A DNA stretch of 64,000 nucleotides from the human T2T-CHM13v2.0 reference genome, Homo sapiens. Position numbers and translations under genes: made by a program. The notes beneath the pieces are model-generated. The model was not told the origin of the DNA and did no database searches. It worked only from the letters and a program-made list of their open reading frames with translations. Below are positions 18,650 to 32,899 of the stretch, piece after piece. The stretch lies in the NCBI RefSeq assembly GCF_009914755.1, contig NC_060925.1, one strand, 5' to 3'. How positions within the stretch are numbered: the first letter of the stretch is position 1; each line of letters starts with the position of its first letter.

Positions 18650-20844
18650 CTGGATCATGGGAAACAAAAGGAAAATAGGCCATGAGAACATTTGAGCTAG
18701 CAAAGGGAATAAACATCAATCATCAGGGTGAATTCTCTCAATTAGAGGACATTTTTGCAAGGGGATGAAAATTCACGTGGCTCTTCTGACGGAAGAGAAC
18801 ATTTCTCCTGAGCTGGAGCAGCCTTTGTGAAACAGACTTAGGCCTTCCTCTGGGAATAAGGCCTGTCATATTTGCATGCCTCCAAGAGAAATACACAAGC
18901 TGGCTGCCCATCTGGGCAGCTGTTTGCAGTCTAGTCATTGTCCCTTTGAACCAGCTGTAAGCCCCATGCATCCCTGAATGCCAAGATAGGAAGGGAGGAT
19001 TTTCTCCTTCTGGATCCAAAAAGGCACCCAGGGAAGGCAAGGCCAGACCTGTGCTAAAAGCCTTTAAAATTGGGGGAACTGCTAGGGACGGAAAAGGATG
19101 TTGTTAATTAGCCTGCAAAGAAGCATTTTGATAAACCTAGAGGAATGGTGGAGTTGCACATCCATTTTAAATGAGCTCTCCAAGTCAAAAATATTTGGAA
19201 AGTTTGAAAGCAGTTAGATAATTAAAGCTGTGTCTCCCCACTGACAAGACAGTCAGTTAGTGAAAATGAGAAAAATCAAACCCACTGATTGTTTGGATGA
19301 CCTCATACTCAGCCTCAGGTCTAGGACTCCCTGCACCTCCACCGCCACTACAAGCCCATTCCAGGACTAGGTGTTTCCATGAAAGGAGAAGGCTAAGTCC
19401 ACAGGATACCCCCGTCCAGTTCATTACAACTCCTCCACTCTAATGGTACCAGTGGCTATGAGACTTTTCCAATGAGCAAATTCAAATGTATGGTTCAAAC
19501 CTAACTTGGAGAACCAGGTTTGCTACTTGTGGCAACCACAGAATTGCATTACAAGGGTAGGACTGAATCAACGCTTCCACCTCGACCTGATGGCCCGTAG
19601 TTGGCTTAGATCAGGTAGGCACTATCTAAAGCAGTGGCAAACCTTATAAACAGAAGGACCAATTTTCTCCTAGCCCTAGCATCAACGCACTTCTGTAGAG
19701 GGCTACATGCTGGGACCCAGGACGGCGGGGACTGAGACCACAACAGCTTGGTTTTGTAGCTTTAACCCGAAGTCCTGGGAAGTCGTGAACAGTTCTGAAA
19801 TCTTCAACCTGGCATTGCTTTTCACCAGAGTGTTGGTTTGGTCTCTTGAGCCCCTCCCCAGGGCAGGAAACAGAAGCAGGCTTGGATCTGGGACAGGACT
19901 CTGAACACAATCTACAACCAGGAGAGGCCTGGGGTAGCCACTTTCCCTGAGGCACCCCCGTGCTAACTGCCTGCTCAAGGGCCAGTGAAGTTTATCCCTA
20001 AACCTTGCCATCCTTTTCAAGTGAGGCCAGCGGTGCAAAACCCCTGGGGAAAGCTTTCAGTATCTGTGCCGCCTCCAATGTCGGGATTACAGGATTTTTC
20101 AGAGGGCCCCAGGCACTTGCATGGTTTATCCAGTTTTTAATTTGAACTATATGATATTGTCCTTTTTTTGTAGATCAGACATGGTAAAAAAAAAAAAAAT
20201 GTAATGTGGTCACACGCTCACAATAGAAATTACGAGAAAAATGTAGGGTATGGAGTGGAAAGAGCAAAGTTTGGAGAGCCAGACTGGGTCCAAATCTCAG
20301 TTCTCTCACTTTCTTTCATCCAACAAACATACACCAAGTTCTGCTATGTGCCTGGAACTGTTCCAGGAGCTGGACACAGAGTGGTGACAAAGACAGATGG
20401 GTCCCGCTCTGCATGGCCCGTGCTAACGTATGCTTATCTTCTGGGGCTGCTTCCGAGCTCAGTGATGCTGGGCCAGTCACTTGGCCTCTCTGAGCTTCTA
20501 CTAAGTGCTGTGAGAGTTAAATGGGATGATGAGCATTCGGCCCAGGTTGCACTGGTGGCCTTCAATAAATGGTAGTTCCTGTCATTCTACTGTGGCTCAT
20601 AGAGAACTCATGATAAATATTTGTTGAATGGAAATGCCTTGGAATGTATTGTGGGAATCCCCAAGCCCTTCCCCTAAGATCCCTGAAGCTAGAAACCACT
20701 GCAGGAGAATGGTGTACCCAGAGCAGGGGCCACTGTCAGCAAAGCCCAGAGATCCTGGAGACCCCTGTTCCCTACCCATTCTGTGACCTGAAAGAGACCA
20801 GCTGCTGTCAGTTGTCATATAAATCAGGAGGGCAGTCAGCATAG

Positions 20845-21198
<354 letters not shown>

Positions 21199-21581
21199 TA
21201 ATCCCCCCAAAATAATGGTCAGATTTATCAACTGAGGCAAAGCAGAGGTTGAGTCCTCAAAGGAGGCCCAGAATTTACCTGTAGGAATTTCTGATTGTAA
21301 GGCATCACCACACATTTGGCTCTAGTTAGTAAAAGGACATGCACGTTGAGCAGTCATTCCCCCAACTTTCCACCCAGTTAAGTCACTGGCGTGAATACAG
21401 ATGTGAAGTTAACAGATTCTTTTTACAGCCCAGGGGCCTATTTTCCAGGCTTTCTGTGCAAAGAGGCCCTATGGCTATTTCACAGGTCAGGCTGCACACC
21501 ATTTAAAGCTGCATAAATCATGCTGGACAAGGTATTAATAAGTGCAAAGTTGCCATCTAGCAGTACAGCTTATGGCGGTAC

Positions 21582-21704
21582 CTTCGCTGTCATCACTGTC
21601 CTGCGCTCCATCCAGCTCTCTGGGTCCATTCATCACAGGTGGTGCACAGGGAGGTGAGACCAACAACTGTACTAACTTTTTTTCATACAACTTTCTGGTG
21701 GAAG
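21582..21704 (-). CDS. LEMD1: LEMD1 coding exon, 123 nt, (P)STRKLYEKKLVQLLVSPPCAPPVMNGPRELDGAQDSDDSE
   Basis: Acceptor ttcttcctcag|CT, donor GAAG|gtaccg, phase 1-1. Completes the LEM motif GPIxxSTRKLYEKKL. Confidence 0.96.
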
Positions 21705-21828
21705 CTGAGGAAGAATTTGGAGAACAAATTAAATTGTTCTGTTTTTTGTATATGAGCCTACTAGGTTCAAGGTATTTCATAACTCAGAATTTTATTCTTA
21801 ACCCTTACATTATTGGTTAATTATGGCT

Positions 21829-22118
21829 TTTATTTGAGACAGGGTCTCACTGTGTCTCCCAAGCTTGGTGCAGTAGCTTGATCTCAGCTCACTGAAGCCT
21901 CTGCCTCCCAGATTCAAGCGATTCTCCGGCCTCAGCCCCTCCAGCAGCTGGGACCACAGGTTCGCCACCACACTCGGCTAATTTTTGTGTTTACTTTAGT
22001 AGAGACGAGGTTTCGCCATGTTGGCCAGGCTGATCTTGAATTCCTGACCTCAAGTGATCCACCCGCCTCGGCCTCCCAAATTGCTGGGATTACAGACATG
22101 AGCCACTGCGCCCTGCCC
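21829..22118 (-). mobile_element. AluS
   Basis: Antisense dimer. Confidence 0.92.
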
Positions 22119-22388
22119 AATTACGGCTTTTTAAATGAGGTAGACTCATAGCTATTCAACTCTCTCCTTCCTTTCCACACACTTAGGTGATACCTGTATG
22201 GATTAACCACAGAGTCAGGCATTGGACACATCTGAGAACACAGACAAGGCTGTGCATCCTATCTATGGGGAATACAGATAATAAATAAATAGTTAACAGG
22301 GTCCACATACTAAAAACAAAACAAAAAAATTGAACAACATAATAAAGAGTAACTGGTTTTTCACTGATGAAAAACACCCAATCCATGC

Positions 22389-22616
22389 GCTGGGTGTGGT
22401 GACTCACGCCTGTAATTCCAGCACTTTGGGAGGCCAAGGCAGGTGGAGTACCTGAGGTCAGAAGTTCGAGACAAGCCTGGCCAACATGGTGAAACCCTGT
22501 CTCTACAAAATACAAAATCATTAGTGGGGCATGGTGGTGTGCACCTGTAATCCCAGCTGCTTGGGAGGCTCAGGCAGGAGAATCGCTTGAATCTGGGAGG
22601 CAGAGGTTGCAGTAAG
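22389..22616 (+). mobile_element. AluS, 3'-truncated
   Basis: Ends at gaggttgcagtaag. Confidence 0.9.
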
Positions 22617-22806
22617 ACAAACACCCAATCCTAATCTGTAAATAGGATTTGGGTATATTTACCGCCTCTTCCCTCTTTGTGGTTTTCTGTTTTCTCTATG
22701 TTCCTATTTCTATTTTAATGGCTTTACTGCATATGTTCCTTCTATTGTAAGTTGTTTATAAACCATAAATGACAAGTCTGTAATATTTGCTGCATACTGT
22801 ACATAC

Positions 22807-22888
22807 GTAGTATTGGGCCAGGTGAAAATCCAAGCTTCTCAAGTTGGTTCTGCAATTTACAGTCACTCAGACACTTCACATCCACCAT
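22807..22888 (-). CDS. LEMD1: LEMD1 first coding exon (whole exon 22807-22926), MVDVKCLSDCKLQNQLEKLGFSPGPIL(P); N-terminal half of the LEM domain
   Basis: Peptide visible in ORF 22742..22939(-). Acceptor tttcaag|GATTC at 22926, ATG at 22888, donor C|gtatgt at 22806; 82 coding nt, phase 1. Matches the LEMD1 protein as I recall it. Confidence 0.96.
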
Positions 22889-24341
22889 GATGATAGAAGT
22901 TTGGCCTCTTTTCTGATGGTAGAATCCTTGAAATAACAAAACATTAAATTCATTAAGACAGCCTTACCAATAAGTACTAAAATGTTACCAATCCACATAA
23001 GTGTTTATAATCCTATCTCCCCAACCTCCTAGGTGCACAGGCAATAAAGCAAAAATCAACACTTTCTAGTTCTGCCATAAATCCCTGCTGGGATTAGTTG
23101 CCTCCAATGTAAAACTTTGGATGGGTGTCATTTTCCCCAGTGTCTTTAGGGCTCAATTAGTTACAACTGTTCTGTTCAATGAATATGAGAAAAATCTTCT
23201 GGACAAAATAAACAGATATTTCCATTACTGCTCAGGAACTCTGAGCAAAACTCAAGCTCTGAGAAGATAAGAAGTTAATTAAATATGAAAGAGCTGAGAG
23301 GTATTTTTTTTTTTTTTAGTGAGTTAAATAAAAGTTATTTATCCCTGCCCTCCTTTTGATGACAGGACAGAGAGTACAGAGCATTCAGTTATTGCAAACA
23401 GTAGCAGCTTTCACACTTGTAATTTAACTCTGAACGTTAACAAGATGGTAGTTTTTAATTAACCACCAACAGACTTAGTAATTGCTGAATTGGCATTTGA
23501 AAAAAAGTCAGCTATTCATTCTCTGGCACACAAATTGATTCATATAGATTTATGTAAATCTTGATATGGCTTTCCAAATCTGCACAACCTCAAATTCAAT
23601 CAGTTTTATCCACTTGATCCCTTGATCTCCCAAAGTTGACCCTTCTACCTACATAACAAAATCCGCAAAAAGACAGACCCATTTGTCAAACCTTTTAAAG
23701 GAGATTTTTAAATTTTGGAGTTTATTGTACCACATTTCTATCATGTTTCAAGGCTTTTTAATACTGCAGTGGAAACAACAGCCAGATAATTATTCAGCAT
23801 AGGAGGATCTAGACCAATTTTAAATAATGACTTTGCTTTTGTTGGTGATCAATCAATGTCCAATTAGGAAGAACACTGTATACAAGCTAGAAAAAGTCAT
23901 GAATTGTTATATATAATAGGGTTGTTCTGGAATACCTAGTTTGACAGTTCTCTACTTTAAAGCCATGCTTTAAAGAGAGTTACATTCTAGTACACATAGT
24001 AGGTACCTAGTAAATGTTAGTTTCCTCCTTTTCTATGTGTTTGGGAAACTGACTTAACACTTTGAGGCCAGTGGGAAAAAAACTAATGCTAGGAAGAAAA
24101 AGGACAATGCATCTCAGCACCTCAGATTTTTTTTCTTTCTTTTTTACTGGAAGCTTGCTTCGGCAGATCCTATGACATTTGTTCCTGAGAACAGCTGTCT
24201 GTTGTTTCACCAGCTTCCCAAAAATAACCTCCAATAGAGCCCTCAACAATTTCAAGTGGCACTAGACAATTGCCTAGAGGGAACACACATATGGAAGAAA
24301 AATATTCAAATGGAATCCAACTGGATGATTAATTCACTTAC

Positions 24342-24435
24342 CCCTTCACATGGTTATCTAAAGTCTATGCAATCGAGTTGGTTACTAAAGCTGGGTGAGT
24401 TTCACTCTGAGGTTTCCACTAGCAACCAGTCCCTT
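24342..24435 (-). other. LEMD1: LEMD1 proximal non-coding first exon (5' end approximate)
   Basis: Strong donor GGG|gtaagt (24341-24336) 1.4 kb upstream of the ATG exon, with promoter motifs immediately upstream. Confidence 0.75.
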
Positions 24436-24501
24436 TTTGCCTGTTAGATATTATGGTAATCATAATACTGACAGTGTGACATCAGTAACCCCCATAGCAA
24501 C
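24412..24501. promoter_or_regulatory. Candidate germ-cell-type LEMD1 promoter: two RFX X-box-like sites and a CRE-like site
   Basis: GTTTCCACTAGCAAC 24412-24426, TGACATCA 24477-24484, GTAACCCCCATAGCAAC 24485-24501; CpG-poor context. Confidence 0.55.
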
Positions 24502-25149
24502 AGATTGATGTGCAAATCAGATGATTAATTTAACCAAAGTTCAAACAAAAGGAGGTACTGGTTGACTTCATAGGCACACTGCCATGATACAATGTCAAGA
24601 GATGCGGAGAAGTTATCATTATGCACAGCAAGTAAGGAGCTGCTACCAAACCAAATGGTGTCAAGAAACAAGGAAGAGAAAGGAGAAATCAGACAAACCC
24701 AACTGTCTAGACCACCCATCAAAAGGCCCATACTAGTAGTTGGGCAATTTGACCATCTACTCCAGGGAAAATAGGAAAGCGGAAGAAACCTGTATTAATT
24801 TGTTAAGGATTATTCAATTAAGAAAATAAGAAATCAGGATGGAGGGCAGATAAATAATAATACATTGCAGAAGTTTGATGGATTTGGCCTTTTCAAAGCA
24901 TGTTCGTATCATCTCACTTCATCCTCTGGATACTCTTATAAGCCAGCTGAGACAGATATTATCATCTACATCGCAAAAGCCTACTTCTTGTTGTCTTATT
25001 TTGTTTAAGGAAAGATCGGTGAGACTATTAGCCTGCATCTTTCAAGAAAGACTGCTTAGATTTTAAAGACGTGTGCAAGACAAAATGTAACTGTGAGAAA
25101 ACGCAATGCCTTCATTAAATTGCAGGATAGAGGGAATGATCTGAAAGGG

Positions 25150-25385
25150 GTGAAGAGGACAGTGGAGACAGCCTGCTTAGAGTCAAATCCCAGTTCTGCC
25201 ATTTACCAGCTGGGTGACATCACATCAGGTAAGTTACTAACTTCACTGTGTCTCCTCCTCTTTGTCCATAATGGGGGATAATAAAAATGGTACCTGTATC
25301 AAAGGGCTATGTTATTCAATGAGTTATAATACACATAAAGTGCTTGGCACATAGAAAGCATTATATAAATGTTTTCTATTATTCT
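25150..25385 (+). mobile_element. MIR
   Basis: tcaaatcccagttctgccatttaccagctgggtgac ... aaagtgcttggcacatag. Confidence 0.75.
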
Positions 25386-28300
25386 ACTCATGAGCCCTAG
25401 CCCCAGAGAGTTTCCACATCCGGTATTTTCCTCAGGAGGCTTCATCTCATTTACACTTGCCCGTGGGAGTCTGTAGTTTCAGTCCTTTCCAGATTCTGGG
25501 AAAGAGCTGAACGTCTTTGGGTGGGTGGTTATGAAGGCTCATTGAGTCTCCCAGGCTGTGGCTCCAAGGGCTATGGCTCCACAGTTTCTGAATAGAGCAT
25601 CAGTTTTCAAACAAACATGTAATGCAAACATTTACCAACATCCAAACATTGCATTCACCAAACAAAGACTTTGAAAATTGACACATTTGTTTCCATCAAA
25701 GCAAATAAATGATAGGCTTGGGTTATTAGGAGGCACAAGCATTTTGTTTACATTTCCCAGAATTGCTTTCAACAAAAAAGCAGCCAGCAGGTGGAACTGC
25801 TTCCATTTAAACAGTTAGACTATTGGGATGAAACAGACATTTCTAAAATATTTTCTTGGTTAAATCTCTGGGGTTTAAAACAAGCTAGGTAGAGAAGGAT
25901 TAAATCAGATGATTTCAATCAACATCTATGGGTTGCGCCCTATATTATGTGCAAACTATTCTGCTTGAAATTATTCTCTTGAAAATCCACCAGCATAGTT
26001 ATGATTCTATTGTCAGCATTATTCCATTTATGAATTCCTGTACTCTGTGCTATCCTGAAATATTTGGTTTCATTGCTTGCAGCACACCATCTCCCTCAGT
26101 TTTATCTGTGCAGTCCTGAGCATTAGCTTGTTTTTTATTTTTCATTCTCCCCATGGCTGCAAAGATATTTTATTCCATTTCTTGAGGGAAGCAAGTTTTA
26201 ATTGAGTAGGTATTCAACATGATAAGGTACCTAAACCCTGAGAGCTTCCTCCTTTCATTAAAATGTAGATCCAATTTCTCTTCCCTTAATGCCACATGCT
26301 GGTATTAAACTGAAATAACGGAAATAGTAAAAGCCAGATGTCACTTCAGTCTCAGGTTTGACGTGGGGCACAATTTCCTCTCCTCAAATTTAATCTTTGA
26401 GTTATTTACTAACCCCATTCTTTGGAAGAATGCACAATTTAAATGTAAATGCAATTTACATAGGGGAGAAGATAGTAGATTTGCAGTTGCAATTGCCAAT
26501 AACCATTTGCAAAAGGAGAAATCAACTAAAGCAAAGATCAGCAGTTGTCAGTCTAAAGCCCGCATCACTCATCATTCTCAGATAACTTCTGAAGCCACCT
26601 GCCTCTGAGTCTCCACTATGCAGGCAAAAGGAAGTGGAAAGCGGAGGCATTTCCCCAGATATTTCAGGCCGAATTTACTGCTGACCGGAGGGAAAAGGGA
26701 GAAGTTTGGGTTTCAGTGAGCTGATCTGGTTGGCATCATTGTTGAAATCATTAGCTGATCAATTTCTTTCAAAAATTATTTGTTGATCATCTCCTGTGGG
26801 ATAGGGGTTATGCTTGGCCTAAATCAAGGAGAGGTAGAGGAGACTACAAAGATGCAAAAGCTATAGCCCCTCTTTCAAGGAGCTGACTGTCTCCTTAAAG
26901 AGAAAAGGAAACAAATAGCTACAAAAAATAAGATAAAGAGTGAAAAGAATGCTGCAGGAGCCCAGAATCTGAACCATAAGCATCCAAAGGTACATTGAAG
27001 CTGAGACTTCGAGGATGAGCAACAGTTTGCCCTATAAACAACGGGCTGGGGACAGACATTCTAGGGTGTAGTGAGCAAGACAAGAAGTAAGTCGGGTTGA
27101 ATAGGTGGATCCCTCCAATTTGTGAAGGATCTGGTGTGTCACACTAAGGGCTCTGCCTTCACCTCTGGGCACACGTAGAGGTTTATAAATAGCTCATGGT
27201 ATAATTACACCTAGTTTGATATCGAGTGGAGGATGAATTGGTAAGGAACAGTCTGGAGGCTACAAGACTCCTTGGAGGTTATTACAACACTCTAGAAAAG
27301 AGATGATTCCATTTGGGGGAGGACTAGAGAGGAAGACACACGATTCATGAATGATTTAGAAGGCAGAATAGCCACAACAGGATGGCTGATTATGTGTTTC
27401 CTCCTCACTTCACTTGCACAGGCACCATCTCAGTACAAATCTTTTGTCTCAGCCATGAGCCTGCTTACATAAGGAACCATATGGAGTTTGGTCTACACAG
27501 CACTGACACTTTAAAAATTATTCTGCACTTGTCTAGTCAACCCTTGATTATCTACACTACTTGAAGCCAGCAGCAATGCAGATAATCCATAACCCTCTTC
27601 TATTTGGCTTCGGAATTAATTACACCTTTTAGAGCAAATTTGCTTTCCTAATTAATCTTTCCTAGGCTAATATTAAAATTAACTAATATTCTCTGAGCCC
27701 ATGCCAGCTGGGCAGGGGAAGTGGGGAGGTGCGGAGGGGGAGGACAGGGAAGCAGCTCAGGCTTAAGCTGAGCAGCAGGAGGATGCCAACACCACATTAA
27801 AATTCACCACGGATCATCCGCAGAGCTCGTGAGCCAGGTCTAGCTCGTTGAGAGGTGGCTGTATAATTAAAGACTCAAACCCCTTGGGAGTTCAGTTACT
27901 GAGCACCTACTACGTACCAGGCACCCTGCTAAGGCTGCAGATGAGGAAACGAGTGAGCCCAGTAGACTCCACTCTCAAGGAGCAGCCGGTGTAGTGGGGG
28001 AAATGGAAGAGTAAACAGAGCCTTTACTCAAATGCAGTGAAGGTTCTGGCAGAAGCATCTTCCCTTCAAAAGCATGAGGCATGAACAAGGTTGACAGAGG
28101 GAAAAAAACAACAAATGTGTATAACAAAGGGGAAAATGCTGCCTAATTGCCATTCTATAAACATAATAGCAAATATGCTTTTAATAAAATGAGTGCATAT
28201 AATTTCTCCTTTCAATAATCCAAATTAGTAAATTCTTTTTATATGGAGTAAGATGTGATTTAAACTATGATACTCCAGTTCCAAGGTTTCCTCTGCAGTG

Positions 28301-29369
28301 CCTGGAGCTACCATGGAGGGGTGGGGGACACAGAGCAGCTCCACTCCAGGGGAGCCAGAACAACTCCACCCTCACCTGCTTTACACACTGGACTCATATG
28401 AAGAGTACACTTAAAGGAACACTTTCCCTGCTATACAAAGTTAGGAAGATATCCATCTACCCTATTTTCTGAGCTGCTGCTTAAAACCTAAACGGTCCTA
28501 ACCTCCCGTCCTGTCATGAAGGCAAATCTGACCTTTGATGCTGGTAAACATGAGCTGGGGGCTCCTTTCCTGGTATCCTATGAGTCCTGCATACAGAGAT
28601 TTATGATACAAAAACCGCATGCAATAAATTGTGGACAACCCACAGGGATAGATAAACATGTAAGATGTAGTTCTTCAAACGGATTACATTCTAAATGGAG
28701 AAACCAACCAGAAACACTCATGAGCAAAGGTAAGAAGTGAAAGTTCATAATCAAATACCAATAGAGTGGTAGCCATAAATGCCAAAGAAGGTCAGAAACA
28801 GAGAAAAATCTCCCCTGGTTGGGGGTGGTGTTGTTCAGGGAAAGCTTCCTGGAGGAGGTGGAACTCAGAGTGGGAAGAACAGGTAAGGTCTGGATTGGCA
28901 GGAAGCAGAAGGATGGGCATCGTAGGCAAAGGCATATCATGAACAAGGCTTGGGGGTAGAAGTGGGGATGAGACCAGGCTGGCTTCAGCGAAGGATGTGC
29001 TTTAGCTAAATGGATGGATACGGTTGAACTAGCTTGCAGAGAGCTCCAGGATTTCCCTGAGGGTGTTTAGGCCCCCAGGTCCCTTCAGGTTCCAGGATCC
29101 TTCCGGTCTGGGGCCCTCTGAAGCTGATGATGGGTTGCCATCCTGGAGGCCTCTAAAGAAGGGTGTTCAGGGCTGTCAGGAAGAGTAATCTAGCAAGGCA
29201 GGGCAGGATGGGAGAAAGAAGGCAGGGAGAGAGACCAAGTGTGTCCCTCACCCCAGTCACTCTGTGAAATGATAATGAACAGTAGTGGAGGAGATGCCGG
29301 GAGGCTTTTGATTACCAGAGTCACCAACCAGGAGCTCAGGAAGCCCCAGGGAACCTTAAGAGGCAATTT

Positions 29370-29610
29370 CAGAGTGGTTAGGAGAACAGGCTCCGGGGTC
29401 ATACTGCCTCTGGTTGTATCCTGGATTTTTGTATCACTGCCTCCATTTGTGTCACTTACTAGCTGGGCCCTGGCTTTCACATCTGTGAAATGGAAATGTA
29501 GTCATAACAGTACATTCCTTCCAGAATTTTTAAGGACTGAGTTAACACATCTCAGGAGCTAAAAACACTGTTTTCTTTAAGTGCTCACAGTAAGCGCTCA
29601 CAAGTGTGAA
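29370..29610 (+). mobile_element. MIR
   Basis: tttcacatctgtgaaatggaa ... cacagtaagcgctca. Confidence 0.6.
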
Positions 29611-29817
29611 CTGTGAGTAAGGCCTCAGTATGACAACATGGCTCTGGGGTCCTGCACTGGGATTCTTGCTGATGAGGGGACATCACTCATGACTGGGGCA
29701 TCTCCCCATCTCATTTGATATCATAGCTCACCCCTTTACCTGGAAACTCAGGGAAACTGAAAGTAGCTTCTCATAATAAAGGCCAGTTGGAATCTGCTTT
29801 TTCTCAAAAGAACATTT

Positions 29818-29851
<34 letters not shown>

Positions 29852-29862
29852 GAGACAGACAG
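29818..29862 (+). repeat. (GA)n microsatellite
   Basis: Direct reading. Confidence 0.95.
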
Positions 29863-30249
29863 AGCGCACACTCAAGGGAATGGGTTTTCACCGCAGTACA
29901 CGTGGTAAGGAGCAATGTCATGAAATAGGAGACCACACAAACCAAGATGGCGAGAACATTGTGGGACATCCATTTCTGTCCTTAGAATCCAGGAGTGTTG
30001 AATTCCCATGGCTTAAAGGAGACTCTGTACCAGCAGGGATCTGAAGACAGTCACAGAAAGATAATAAAAGTGGAAGAAAAAGAAGACAGAAAAAGTAGTA
30101 GCATGAAATGGAGAAGGAATGAGGCTGAGATGGAAACTCTCATGGCTGATACACAGTCTGTACATGCAGGAGGATCTCCAAATTGACCTGGCCTTCTAGC
30201 AGCCATACAGAAAAACTCTAGTCAATTCCATACTCGTGAAATGGAAACA

Positions 30250-31290
30250 AACAACTGTTCCAGAGCATTATAACGGTTCCTGGTACTAAGGAGAAGTGTG
30301 GATGTTTCCTGAGGATCCCGAGTATGGAAGGCAATTGGGTGACTGGCAACGGGTGAGGCTGGAAGACTGGCAGAGGGCCAGACAGCCAAGGGCCTAGGAA
30401 GCAGGATAAGGAGCTCTTAGGCTTTATCCTAAGACAGTGGGAGCCACTGAAGATTTTATGGTGGTTTTTTGTTTCCATAATTTTAAAACATTTAAAATAA
30501 ACAGAAGTCAATTATAAGCAAGTAAAGTCAAAGCATAATGAAACCCACATATACCCCTCACCCTGCTTCAACAGTTGTCAACATTTTGCCAATCCTGTTA
30601 CCAAAAAGCTTGGAGCAGGGGAGTGATGCCATGACAGTTATCTTTGAGAAAGAGCCCTTGAGGTGCTACGGAGGGGATGAGAGGAAGGGTGCAGGACTGG
30701 GTACAGGGATATCGTTAGGTTGCAGCAAACCATTCCTTCATTCATTCAACAACTATTTCCTGAACCCTACCACATGCTTTGCACTAATTTTGGTGCTATG
30801 AATACAAGGTTAAATAAAGCAAACGAGGTTCCTGCCCTCCTGAAGCGTATTGTCCTAGGAGGGAAAAGCAGACACACAAGCAAATGGAGTGAACGAGAAC
30901 CTTTCAGAATGTGATAATGAGACAGACTGATGTGACAGGGAAAGGCTTGGGAGGAAAGCGCTCTGATTTAGACTGGATAGTCAGGGAGGACCATGTGTGT
31001 GTTCGTGGAATGGCAAGAAAAGTCAGGGAGGCTGGCAAAGCATGAGAGAGAGGGTGGTAGACTGGAGAGCAAAGTGACAAAAGATGCTGGCTTGGACTAA
31101 GTAACTAGGTGGGGATGAAAAGAAATAGATTTGAGGGAGATTTAGAAGGGAGAGTCAATAGGATTTGAGAATTTGGTGACCTATCAAAGGTGGGGTGGAG
31201 AGTGGAGAGTGGAGAGTGTCAGGAATGAGTCAGATTTCTGGCTTGAATATCTCAGTAACCAGAGGTGCCCTTCTCTGAGACAGGGAAGAG
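30250..31290 (-). mobile_element. Degraded L2 fragments (similar remnants at ~16.3-17.9, 26.8-27.4, 27.9-29.0 and 60.4-60.9 kb)
   Basis: ttcattcattcaacaactatttcctgaaccctac, gggagccactgaagatttt, ggtgcccttctctgagacagggaa. Confidence 0.6.
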
Positions 31291-32899
31291 AGGTCATGGG
31301 AAAAGTCCAGATCTCCACATGGCTCCCTCACAGCCTTTCAAAGTGAGGGCCTGGCAATGGGAAGCCACTTCCACCGCCAGCCCCAGTCAAGTAACCAGCT
31401 ATCCATGCAGCTTCTGGATCAGACAGTTGCCTCAGGCAATTCCAAGTGATCATCACCACCATCCCTTACCCTCCACAGGTGGCCCCAACCCACCTCCATC
31501 TCCAATGACCTAGAGAGTATGGAAGGACACTTCTGGTCCAGTTTAATTTGCTTGGGCAGCGGAGGAGATGAAGGAGATGCTGCAACTATTTTAACACAGC
31601 CTTGTGGGGAGGGTGGGTATGTTGAACTGAACCAGAGGAATATGATATCCACGCTGGTGGTGTGTTTCAAAGGCTGATCTTATCATGATGGTAGGGGTCC
31701 TCTGAAGCCTTGTCAATGTCTCAGGACATTTTGTGGCTTGGCTCATTTCAATGCCGCATTGTGTCAGGCAGATATGAGGGCTGAGATTTGAAAGGATCAG
31801 GATTTTGCTGGGAGGCCATATGCAGCTCTGGGCTAGAGAGAAATCTGGAATTAGAACATCCATTATGCCCTCACACTGTGACTTTTGCATGGGGGACAGA
31901 TTTATTAGAAGAGGCATAAAAGATGGCCTGTGGAGATAGCCGGGGTTGGGGGAGGAAGAGACCCCCAAATGCAATCTAAACCGGAGATCACAGTGGCTAG
32001 CACAGGTCTGTTTCTGGAAATGACTCCTCTACTCTCCTTAGCATGCTTTTTAGCTATTATCTGTCCTTGCCGCACCTTACCCGAGAAGGGCATTTTTCTC
32101 GGCTATTTTGATGTTGGGGGGTGGGGGGAGCAGGGACAGGCATTTGGGGTCATTGTCTGGGAATGAATCCTGGACAGCAGGAGGCTGCTGCTCTCACTCC
32201 TCATCCCCATCATCTGTCACCCAGCGAGGGCAGCCGGCAGCCAGGCCGCGGACTGCCTAATGAAGACAGAGAGGTGGTTCCGGCTGTGCACAGGTGTCGC
32301 TTCCCCATTAACAGAGGTGACATTCCGAAACACTACTCATTACAGAGCAGACATTGGACAGGGCTGGGACACATATTAATGGCAGCAGGGCCAGGCAGCG
32401 TCTGTCTCAAATCCCACTGCCCCTGAGAGAGCAATCGAGAGAGCAAGAAAGAAGCATCCTGAGTGTCAAACCAGCAGGCTCCTCACTTTGCAGAGAAAAA
32501 TGAATTCTTGCCACATAGAAGGCCAAGTCATTCTCTCTGCTGCTTGCACACCCAAGGGTCCTCGGCTTCAGGCCCGCCCAAGCGCTGACCAGCTCCCGTA
32601 GAAGCCCCCAGCTCCTTCCCTCTTAGGAAGGGCTGTGTTGAAGACGGCTGGGCGGAGGGGCATCCTCAAATCAGACCTGGATCTGAATGGAGCCCATGAA
32701 GTCTTGTTTTAGAGATGGGCATGGATCCCAGTTGTAACTAGGAAGTATAGAGGGAGGCTATGGAGAATTTCCAGACGTTGTCAGGGACGGGGTGGGAGAG
32801 TAGGGTAGGGGTGGACAACCAAAGTCATCCAGAGGAGGTAAGAACAAGACAGATCTTCCTCCTGGAATGGGATGCGTGGTTCCCATGAGACAGGAGAAA

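Noticed and set aside
24592-25066. ILVVGQFDH and MDLAFSK resembling CR1/L2 endonuclease and RT motifs
   Set aside because: Similarity too weak to call without an HMM search.
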